DNA from: Candidatus Methanoperedens sp.
GTDB lineage: Archaea; Halobacteriota; Methanosarcinia; Methanosarcinales; Methanoperedenaceae
Length of the DNA stretch: 32,000 nt
Assembly: GCA_041494705.1 (NCBI GenBank)
Contig: JBGQBI010000005.1
Coordinates: 120,001-152,000 of the forward strand
Direction of reading: 5' to 3'
Within the stretch, counting starts at the first letter, position 1. Every line of letters starts with the position of its first letter. Below are positions 18,264-25,228 of this stretch, in pieces. Under the pieces are notes generated by a model, which was not told where the DNA came from, did not search any database, and was given only the letters and a program-made list of their open reading frames with translations. A program made the position numbers and the translations under genes.

Positions 18264-18944
18264 ATGAAAGATGTTGAGCTAATTGAAACAAGCTTAGATA
18301 ATGCCTTTCTTTTAGTAGAGAAAGGCTCAAAAAAGCTTGTCACAAAAAACCTTACGCCCGGAAGACAGGTCTATGGCGAGAAGCTCATAACTATCGCAAA
18401 CGTGGAATACCGCTTATGGGACCCTTTTCGCAGCAAGCTTGCAGCCATAATATTGAAAGGTTCATCTGTTTCGATAAAAAAGGATAGGGCAATTCTTTAT
18501 CTTGGCGCCGCCAACGGCACTACTGCAAGCCATGTTTCAGATATTGTTTCGGAAGGGGTTGTTTTTGCAGTGGAATTCTCACCGCGCGCGATGCATGACC
18601 TTATCCGCGTGAGCATCCCACGGATGAACCTAATCCCTATACTTTCAGATGCGATGCGCCCTGACTCATACAAGAATATGGTTACACAGGTCGATTTCAT
18701 TTACCAGGACGTGGCGCAGCGCGAACAGGCAATGATTGCCATCAGGAACGCAAAGCTGTTCCTTAAAACGGACGGGATTCTGGTGTTGATGATAAAGTCA
18801 AGAAGCATTGATTCTACCGGAGAACCAGAGGACGTGATAGATAATGAGGTGAAGAAGCTGGGAGGGGTTTTCAAGGTACTGGAAATTATAAATTTAGAAC
18901 CTTTCCATAGCGATCATGTGGCGGTCGTGGCGCAAAAGGTTTGA
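18264..18944 (+). CDS. flpA: Fibrillarin-like rRNA/tRNA 2'-O-methyltransferase
   Basis: 226 aa. YRLWDPFRSKLAA and the SAM-binding LYLGAANGTTASHVSDIV. Confidence 0.9.
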   Translation: MKDVELIETSLDNAFLLVEKGSKKLVTKNLTPGRQVYGEKLITIANVEYRLWDPFRSKLAAIILKGSSVSIKKDRAILYLGAANGTTASHVSDIVSEGVVFAVEFSPRAMHDLIRVSIPRMNLIPILSDAMRPDSYKNMVTQVDFIYQDVAQREQAMIAIRNAKLFLKTDGILVLMIKSRSIDSTGEPEDVIDNEVKKLGGVFKVLEIINLEPFHSDHVAVVAQKV

Positions 18945-19033
18945 AAAATCCAATTCTACAATGGAAAACCACCTTCACACTCGTTACTTATTTATACTCA
19001 GGTTATAATGATTAAGCTGGACTGATATCTAAA

Positions 19034-19681
19034 ATGATTATAGTCAGTGAAGAAGAAGACGATAGCGACTCTAGTCCGTTACTTTTTTTAAGGCAACCAG
19101 TGAATGACAGCGTACTTAATATCAACCATGACTACCGGTATTTGCGGATGGGATATTATGTATCTGCACATGCTGAAACCTATGGAGTAGAAGTCACACC
19201 GGATTGTACAGAAATAATGGATGCATACAGGAACCCGCTTTTAATCGAGAAGGCAAAAAAGCACGGCCTCCGGACCAGCGGTTACAGGCTTATAACATCG
19301 CCTGATAGCGAGCTTGCCGCACCAGTTTTGTTATTCGCTGTAAATCCTTTCACCAACAACTCGATGAAAGTGATAAAGTCAGATTCAAGACTGCCCGGAA
19401 TGATTAACAAAATGAGCTACGATGCACGGTTCCCTGTCTCACTGCACCCCCTGACCGGCGAAGTGCATGAGATTATACAGATGTTCGGGGAATCAACCTG
19501 CGAAGAGACAGCAGAGTTCACAAAAAAATTCTATGAGGTATTCAATATCCCGATATGTAAATTGATAGTCCAGATAGATGATGGCGGCGTTATACTGGAC
19601 CATTGTGAACCTGCATTGAAAAATGAAGTGAAATGGGATATAGTTCATGATAAAGTGCATGAGATGAAACAGAGAATGTAA
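19034..19681 (+). CDS. RLAN-like (RimK-like ATP-grasp N-terminal domain) protein, stand-alone
   Basis: 215 aa. YRYLRMGYYVSAHAETYGVEVTP resembles, from memory, the Y..GYY.SLLAEARG motif of RLAN domains. Lies 6 nt upstream of the ATP-grasp gene. Confidence 0.55.
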   Translation: MIIVSEEEDDSDSSPLLFLRQPVNDSVLNINHDYRYLRMGYYVSAHAETYGVEVTPDCTEIMDAYRNPLLIEKAKKHGLRTSGYRLITSPDSELAAPVLLFAVNPFTNNSMKVIKSDSRLPGMINKMSYDARFPVSLHPLTGEVHEIIQMFGESTCEETAEFTKKFYEVFNIPICKLIVQIDDGGVILDHCEPALKNEVKWDIVHDKVHEMKQRM

Positions 19682-19687
19682 TATTCC

Positions 19688-20554
19688 ATGAAAATAGCCT
19701 GTTTTGTCGAAGCATATAATTTCAGGGACGGCTCCGAACATAGAGCCCTTTTGAAATTCAAATCCACGGCAGAATCAATGGGTCATTCATTTGAATTCAT
19801 CTTCAAGGACGATATTTCAAAAATCCAGGATTACGATGCGCTGTTCATAAGAGCTACAACCGACCCCAGCAGCTCGGCATACATTGTCTCAAGACTTGCC
19901 GAACAATCAGGGATAACGGTGATAGATGACCCGCATTCGATAAGAACATGCTCGAACAAGGCAATACTCCACGACCTCTTCCTGAAAAATAATATACCAT
20001 CGCCAAAATCCATCTTATTTCATGGAGATTATGCGACCGGAACTCTTGATACGATATTCAAGACCCTGCGATTCCCTGTTATCATCAAAACACCTTATAC
20101 CCGTTTCTCTTCCCATGTCGAGAAAGCAAATAATGAAACTGAATTTATCGAACTCACAAAACATTTGCTAAGAAAAGCAAAAGTTCTGGTTCTCCAGGAA
20201 TACATCAAATCTGATTTTGACTGGCGCGTAGGTATTCTTGGAAATGAAGTGCTATACCTGTGTAAATACTGCATCCCGAAAGGGGGCTGGAAGGTAAAAT
20301 CAAAGATAAACGGAAGAAACGTATGGGGAGATACAATCGCTTTACCGCGGGAATCTATTGCTTCGGAATTAAGAGATATCTGTATCTCACTTTCAAAATG
20401 CGTGGGAAATGGGCTCTATGGTCTTGATGTTAAAGAAACAGATAGCGGGTATAAGGTTATCGAGATAAATGATAACCCCAGTATCTATGATGGATACGAG
20501 GATTCCGTGGACACTGACATTTACGAAAAAATAATCGATGCGCTGGTATCATAA
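19688..20554 (+). CDS. RimK-family ATP-grasp alpha-L-glutamate ligase-like enzyme
   Basis: 288 aa. Overall ATP-grasp layout (PVIIKTPYTRFSSHV, VLVLQEYI, GLDVKETDSGYKVIEINDNP). Confidence 0.8.
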   Translation: MKIACFVEAYNFRDGSEHRALLKFKSTAESMGHSFEFIFKDDISKIQDYDALFIRATTDPSSSAYIVSRLAEQSGITVIDDPHSIRTCSNKAILHDLFLKNNIPSPKSILFHGDYATGTLDTIFKTLRFPVIIKTPYTRFSSHVEKANNETEFIELTKHLLRKAKVLVLQEYIKSDFDWRVGILGNEVLYLCKYCIPKGGWKVKSKINGRNVWGDTIALPRESIASELRDICISLSKCVGNGLYGLDVKETDSGYKVIEINDNPSIYDGYEDSVDTDIYEKIIDALVS

Positions 20555-21019
20555 TTTCCTGGAAAGATGAAGCGCGTCGTCCCCGTTCTTGTAATAATTG
20601 TAGAGTTTTTTATCGACAACAAAACCCTTCGATGCGTACAGATTCTGGGCGGGTTTGTTATTGACCCCTACTTCAAGTGTTACTTTATTAACTCCTTTTT
20701 CTTTTAGTAATCCAATAGTTTTATCCATAAGCAAGCTCGCTATCCCCCGCCGCCTGTGCGCGGGATGCACGTTTAACGAATATATCCTTGCATTGTGGAT
20801 ATTTTCCCGCAAAAGAACGATAATTGACCCGATAACGCCACCGTCCCCGGCAACCAGCACAACCGACCTGGCTTTAAGTAAAAGATACTTTAATTGTTTC
20901 CAGTGAAATTTTTCTTCCTTGAAACATATCTCCTCAAGTTCAAAAAGGGCATCCATATCCTCTTTTTTCGCAATGCGAATTGTGGGTTTCAAGGAACGGT
21001 CACGCGCGCCCTTACGCAT
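20549..21019 (-). CDS. GNAT-family N-acetyltransferase (RimI-like)
   Basis: 156 aa. Acetyl-CoA motif A HRRRGIASLLM. Overlaps the upstream same-strand gene by 31 nt and the convergent ATP-grasp gene by 6 nt. Confidence 0.85.
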   Translation of the reverse strand: MRKGARDRSLKPTIRIAKKEDMDALFELEEICFKEEKFHWKQLKYLLLKARSVVLVAGDGGVIGSIIVLLRENIHNARIYSLNVHPAHRRRGIASLLMDKTIGLLKEKGVNKVTLEVGVNNKPAQNLYASKGFVVDKKLYNYYKNGDDALHLSRKL

Positions 21020-21396
21020 TCCTGCACCTGTTTTACAACCTCAGGATAATCGCCAAAGATGAAACCAAGGTCCACAGTGCCCACCACATCAACGACACCG
21101 ATGGCAGCTATGCCATATCCTTCCTCATTCCTTATCGGGGCGACTATCACGGGAATGCCCGCATATTTACCGCTTGTCGGGATGGTGCGTATGGTTTTGT
21201 TCTCTTTAAATACCGCCTCAAGCACAGGACCGCTATAATTATTATCAAGGATTTTTCCTTTTTCAATCCTGACGCCTTTTTTATTCAGGCTCCTCATGGT
21301 CACAGGCAGTCCCAAAAGTTCATGTATCGCCAGCGCAAAAGGCGCAATATCTTCGGAGTTTGAATCCGCTGAAATCTCAATTTTTTTGTAATTCAT
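20989..21396 (-). CDS. Conserved archaeal protein (DUF2111-like, from memory)
   Basis: Start re-set to the ATG at 21396 (MNYKKIE), which follows a GGGTGGG Shine-Dalgarno-like element. The GTG at 21405 is the alternative. Confidence 0.5.
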   Translation of the reverse strand: MNYKKIEISADSNSEDIAPFALAIHELLGLPVTMRSLNKKGVRIEKGKILDNNYSGPVLEAVFKENKTIRTIPTSGKYAGIPVIVAPIRNEEGYGIAAIGVVDVVGTVDLGFIFGDYPEVVKQVQECVRARVTVP

Positions 21397-21427
21397 ATTT
21401 CCCACCCGGTTTAAATTTCATATTAGA

Positions 21428-21850
21428 TTATCTTGCAACAAGTACCGTGCATTCCGCATTTCGCACCACGTTCTCGGCAACGCTCCCCAGAAGGACTCTT
21501 TTTATTCCTTTCCTGCCCTCGGAACCCATCACTATTGTATGAACCTTGAGGCTTTTTGACACATTCAAAATAGTCTCTGCAGGGCTCCCAAGCTTCAGGA
21601 TTTTCTGCACATCCACACCAATTTTTTTCCCGTCGGCAACCACTTCGTCAAGAACTTTTTCACCATATTTTATCAATTCGTCCCGTTCTGATGTGGAAGG
21701 AACATTTACAACAAAAAGCGCCGCCATCCTGATATTATATGATTTTGTGATTTTTAATGCCGCTATTTCCGCTTTCTTAGCTGATTCAGACCCATCGGTC
21801 GCAAGAAGAACTTCAACTTTTGCCATATGTGAATTTTGTGCGTTAAACAT
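21428..21850 (-). CDS. Universal stress protein (UspA family)
   Basis: 140 aa. VLLATDGSE and MGSEGRKGIKRVLLGSVAENV ATP-binding-type motifs. An alternative start lies at 21826. Confidence 0.85.
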   Translation of the reverse strand: MFNAQNSHMAKVEVLLATDGSESAKKAEIAALKITKSYNIRMAALFVVNVPSTSERDELIKYGEKVLDEVVADGKKIGVDVQKILKLGSPAETILNVSKSLKVHTIVMGSEGRKGIKRVLLGSVAENVVRNAECTVLVAR

Positions 21851-21918
21851 ATTAAAGCTTACAGTCAGGATTGCTTCCCGACTCTGGAGGGTCAGGCAAA
21901 GAAATCACTTGATAATAA

Positions 21919-22950
21919 TTATTCTAAATTTTCAACCTTGACTTCATTCTGTATTACAGGACTCATCACAATCAGGTTTTCAGAGCACCGGGATTTATAT
22001 TTGGTGCCGTTGGAATTAAGCACATTCAAAAGGATTTTTTCTATTGCATTTATAGCACGCACATCCGTATTCCCATGATAGATGTACAATGTATTCTCGT
22101 TCACGTCGATTCTTTCCACAATCCCCATGAATTCATATACCGATTTCATGGTCGGGATAAGTATTTCCAGCGGTATATCCCGTATCGGGATCTTATGAAT
22201 TGCCTCTATAGGCGCCGTGAGATAACTTGGGGCCTCCTTTCCTATCAACAGTTCATTATAATAATTTTTTGGGATGGTTACCATGTTATAATTTGTCTGT
22301 TTATATAGATTGACAATGCATTTCCAGAATTCCTGTTTTTTCAAAATTTCACACGCTATATCGTCCATATCCCCAAAATAATTAACAAGAGATTGCCTGG
22401 CAAGATTTGTATTCACCTGTTTCTTGAAACTAATCGTGATTTTGTTGGACATCTTTTTCAATGATACGATTTCCTGCTTTTTATGCGTGATTAAATAAGA
22501 AGAAATCATTCCACCGAGAAATTCCATTTTATATATACTGTTCCCGGAAAGAGTGACCTTCACATGCGATGGATGAACGTTATCATCGTAATCATCTATT
22601 TTTATAGTGGTCTGCCAGCTCACACCTGATGTCATATCATCAAGATACCGCTCAAGATCTGAGAGCATCACTATCTTTGCAGGATCAATAATGCTGTTAA
22701 GATGCTCCGTATCTATCAGCCTGCCGCGGGCCTGTTTGATCAGCCAGTAAACGATTGTTTCTGTGAAGTTGTAGTCTGTTTTTAACCCGTCTATAAGTTT
22801 ATTTATAGCCTCAGGATCTTTTGTCATTATATCTATAAGGTCTATTATTTCACGCATCGCAGCGCTGAAATTTCCATTATGTTTTCGGACAAGCGGCTCC
22901 AGTTTTTGGAGATGTCCTGTTTCTAATGATATATTTTTTCTTATAGACAT
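21919..22950 (-). CDS. Ribbon-helix-helix (CopG-like) domain protein with ~300-aa uncharacterised C-terminal region
   Basis: 343 aa. The N-terminus KNISLETGHLQKLEPLVRKHNGNFSAAMREIIDLI fits the RHH strand-helix-helix pattern. The rest matches nothing I recognise. Confidence 0.6.
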   Translation of the reverse strand: MSIRKNISLETGHLQKLEPLVRKHNGNFSAAMREIIDLIDIMTKDPEAINKLIDGLKTDYNFTETIVYWLIKQARGRLIDTEHLNSIIDPAKIVMLSDLERYLDDMTSGVSWQTTIKIDDYDDNVHPSHVKVTLSGNSIYKMEFLGGMISSYLITHKKQEIVSLKKMSNKITISFKKQVNTNLARQSLVNYFGDMDDIACEILKKQEFWKCIVNLYKQTNYNMVTIPKNYYNELLIGKEAPSYLTAPIEAIHKIPIRDIPLEILIPTMKSVYEFMGIVERIDVNENTLYIYHGNTDVRAINAIEKILLNVLNSNGTKYKSRCSENLIVMSPVIQNEVKVENLE

Positions 22951-22993
22951 AAAAACGTCCTTTTAGCGCGCAAAATGTTCTATGGTTCACCTG

Positions 22994-23031
22994 AATATAA
23001 ACGAAGTTGTGAAATTTGTGTGAATAGTGTA
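22994..23031 (-). promoter_or_regulatory. Promoter P1 (RHH gene): TATA box plus upstream tandem TCACA element
   Basis: Read in gene direction: ATTCACACaaatTTCACAacttcgTTTATAT. The TATA box is 44-50 nt upstream of the ATG at 22950. Confidence 0.5.
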
Positions 23032-23062
23032 CATGAAGTAATGAAAACCACATTAAATCAGG

Positions 23063-23096
23063 TATCACACTTATTCACAACAGCAGTTTTATCATT
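23063..23096 (+). promoter_or_regulatory. Promoter P4 (small TM gene): the same tandem TCACA element plus a TATA-like box
   Basis: TATCACACttaTTCACAacagcagTTTTATC. The distal TCACA to TATA distance is the same 22 nt as in P1-P3. Confidence 0.4.
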
Positions 23097-23128
23097 GAGA
23101 AATGAATTAGGATAATGAAGATTAAAAA

Positions 23129-23317
23129 ATGGTTTCTAAAAATATTACAACCCTGAGTTTTTTGCTTCCAGTTGCCATGACTTTAGGTACCAGTCTTGCC
23201 ATATTTTTTTATGAATATTATTCGTTGACAATGCTTATCCTGTATGCGGCCGGAGGTTTGCTGCTCTGTGTATATGTATTGGTATTAAGGGCTGACCGGC
23301 ACAGGTCTGTAAGGTAG
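23129..23317 (+). CDS. Small two-TM membrane protein (hypothetical)
   Basis: 62-aa ORF with two clear hydrophobic helices. It is the only + strand ORF in the block and sits downstream of P4. Confidence 0.35.
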   Translation: MVSKNITTLSFLLPVAMTLGTSLAIFFYEYYSLTMLILYAAGGLLLCVYVLVLRADRHRSVR

Positions 23318-23348
23318 ATTCTAAATAATTATGATTTTAAGGATGTTT

Positions 23349-23921
23349 TCAGACACCGGCAACAAGTTTTAATTTGGAGCCGCAATACGGGCATATGAGC
23401 CAGCTCGGCTCGATGTTTTTCTTACAGAATGAACACGTCTTGGCAACTTCCACTTTCTTTATCAATTGGCTGCCGCAATATGAACAATTATTCCATTTCG
23501 GGTCTATAAGGTTCTGGCATTTATCACAGAGCTTATAGGTCGAAGCCCATTTCTGGCTCTTTAACTCAATCCCGCATTTGGTACAGAACCTGTACGAAAC
23601 GACTACGCGTTCCCCGCATGAACACATTGGTACATCATGCATCCGCGTTGGATTGAGTTTCTTTTTAAGGTTCTCAAGGCACACACCGGCTTCACGCTTT
23701 ACCATTTCCTCAGGGTCTTTTTCTGCCTGAACTTCGATAATCCTGACAAGACTCTTGGTAAAATCAGGCATTTCCATATCCATTTTTGCAAAATCCACCT
23801 TATCCTGGTTTATCGAAGAAGAAATATATTTTAGAGTCATGAAGCGGGTGGCAACTATTTTACTTTCAAGCTTTTCAAGCATGTGCCGCCGTTCTTCTTC
23901 GGATAATATCTTGCCGCTCAT
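23349..23921 (-). CDS. Triple zinc-ribbon protein with N-terminal helical domain
   Basis: 190 aa with three CxxC...CxxC units (CSCGERVVVSYRFCTKCG, CDKCQNLIDPKWNNCSYCG, CSFCKKNIEPSWLICPYCG). Its start lies 1 nt after the upstream stop. Confidence 0.7.
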   Translation of the reverse strand: MSGKILSEEERRHMLEKLESKIVATRFMTLKYISSSINQDKVDFAKMDMEMPDFTKSLVRIIEVQAEKDPEEMVKREAGVCLENLKKKLNPTRMHDVPMCSCGERVVVSYRFCTKCGIELKSQKWASTYKLCDKCQNLIDPKWNNCSYCGSQLIKKVEVAKTCSFCKKNIEPSWLICPYCGSKLKLVAGV

Positions 23922-23922
23922 G

Positions 23923-24249
23923 CTATTCCGTTATCTCCTCAATCGATATGGATAATAATATTGCAAATACAAAAAACAGAATCAGGGTCACCGATAATAA
24001 AGCCTCAAAAACAGGATAGAACCCTTCAAAAATAATAGTTCCGATAGACCCGACCGCCCTTGTAATACCCAGCAATATGAAAAGATTGGTCATGATAATG
24101 AAATTCTTCCACATCATGTCCATAGTCTTTAAGCCTTTCAGTTCTCTTGAAATCCCGACAAGTAAATGAAAGGAAAGAACACTGCAAACCATTACTATCA
24201 TGGAGGCAACAGTATTCAGGACAACAAAGAATTCTTCATTCATCTGCAT
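23923..24249 (-). CDS. Three-TM membrane protein (hypothetical)
   Basis: Start set at MQMNEEFF (24249, or 24243), overlapping the upstream gene's stop by 8-14 nt. Three hydrophobic helices. Confidence 0.55.
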   Translation of the reverse strand: MQMNEEFFVVLNTVASMIVMVCSVLSFHLLVGISRELKGLKTMDMMWKNFIIMTNLFILLGITRAVGSIGTIIFEGFYPVFEALLSVTLILFFVFAILLSISIEEITE

Positions 24250-24715
24250 CCTCCTTGCTGAACACACTCCACGGCTCATTACGCATCGCATTTATAATCT
24301 TCCGAAGCCCGAAAAAAAGTATTACGAATACAATAACCTCTATAACCGGGTCAAGAATCCTTACAATCGCATAATAAGTATTCAGGGCATCCACTGATAT
24401 GGCAATATCACGCTCGGCTCTTTGCGCTGTCAGCACATCCAGCAAAATACCAAAAGCCATTATGACATTCCAGAAAACGAACAAAACCATGGAAATTGAA
24501 AGGTATTTCCAGGTCTCTGACCCTTTTTCCGCTCTCTGCCACAATCCTGCCGCCAGGTAAGTCGCACCGCACATGCCAAGAAGGAAGGATATCAACCTTA
24601 CGATTGTTCCACTCATGTCAATCCCGTTACTTATGCCGTTGACAGCCCGGGCGACATTCAAGTTAGCAAATAATAATAAAAAAACGCCAACTGTGGTTAT
24701 TGTTCGTTTATTCAT
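24236..24715 (-). CDS. Signal-peptide-bearing membrane protein (hypothetical)
   Basis: 159 aa. N-terminal MNKRTITTVGVFLLLFANLNVARA looks like a signal peptide and is followed by three TM helices. Confidence 0.6.
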   Translation of the reverse strand: MNKRTITTVGVFLLLFANLNVARAVNGISNGIDMSGTIVRLISFLLGMCGATYLAAGLWQRAEKGSETWKYLSISMVLFVFWNVIMAFGILLDVLTAQRAERDIAISVDALNTYYAIVRILDPVIEVIVFVILFFGLRKIINAMRNEPWSVFSKEDADE

Positions 24716-24773
24716 GGTATCAAGAACCTTAATCGTTTTATTCTGAAATCAAACTTAATGTTAATTAATCAGG

Positions 24774-24805
24774 ATATAAACCGATTTGTGAAAAACGTGT
24801 GATAT
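24774..24805 (-). promoter_or_regulatory. Promoter P2 (membrane/zinc-ribbon operon): TATA box plus tandem TCACA element
   Basis: Read in gene direction: ATATCACACgttTTTCACAaatcggTTTATAT. An ungapped comparison with P1 gives 24/34 identity. Confidence 0.5.
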
Positions 24806-24847
24806 GGAACAATTATAATCAACAGTAATAGTCAACAGGATTGACAA

Positions 24848-24886
24848 AATATATAAAAAGAAAATCTAACGGCTGCAAATCAGCCG
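24848..24886 (-). terminator. Hairpin plus T-rich tract downstream of the two-CW gene
   Basis: The minus strand reads cggctgatttgcagccg (6-bp stem), then ttagattttctttttatata, starting 7 nt after the stop at 24893. Confidence 0.35.
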
Positions 24887-24892
24887 CGAAGA

Positions 24893-25108
24893 TTACATCT
24901 TAACGGATTTATACCAATCGCAAACCATGCATGTAGCATGTTTCTGGGCAAACGATCCCTGGACTTTGCCTCCGCAGAATGTTCCTGCAACCATCCAGCA
25001 GTCTCTTCCATGATGCGGATATGCCGGGCATACGCCCATTTCTTTAACTTTTATTCCGCCAAGTTCTCTTCCGCATTTCTTAAGTTCCCAACAATTTTTC
25101 GGTGCCAT
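24893..25108 (-). CDS. Stand-alone Cys-rich 'two-CW' domain protein
   Basis: 71 aa with 7 Cys residues and two CW dipeptides (NCWELKKCGRE ... RDCWMVAGTFCGG ... CMVCDWY). From memory this matches the two-CW domain found at the N-termini of sensor proteins. Confidence 0.65.
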   Translation of the reverse strand: MAPKNCWELKKCGRELGGIKVKEMGVCPAYPHHGRDCWMVAGTFCGGKVQGSFAQKHATCMVCDWYKSVKM

Positions 25109-25121
25109 ATGTATTGGGTTG

Positions 25122-25164
25122 TTTTCACACGTTTATTAATCTACATGTGAAAAAGGTGTGTAAT
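25122..25164 (-). promoter_or_regulatory. Promoter P3 (two-CW gene): TATA box bracketed by the inverted repeat TTTTCACA-N16-TGTGAAAA, plus the tandem element
   Basis: Read in gene direction: ATTACACACctTTTTCACAtgtagaTTAATAA. The TATA box is 25-31 nt from the ATG, so the transcript is probably leaderless. An extra inverted half-site sits at 25122-25129. Confidence 0.45.
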
Positions 25165-25228
25165 GGTGGCAAACGCCAAGATTCCGTTATGTGAAAACTA
25201 TAATATGATTACAACTAATTGTGCACCT

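Noticed and set aside
18255-18270. C-box-like CTGATGA at the fibrillarin start codon, as a possible C/D box sRNA
   Set aside because: No matching D box (CTGA) with a terminal stem lies at an appropriate distance. The string is simply the context of the start codon.
18975-18997. Single TTCACAC half-site upstream of a TATA box in the RLAN/RimK promoter
   Set aside because: There is no second unit 10-11 bp upstream and the spacing to the TATA box differs. A lone 7-mer is expected by chance.
14468-19030. Repeated ACTGATAT(C/T) / GGACTGATAT strings at 14469, 14523 and 19021
   Set aside because: They are 10-mers or shorter. Hundreds of 10-mer coincidences are expected by chance in 32 kb of AT-rich sequence, and their positions relative to gene starts are inconsistent.
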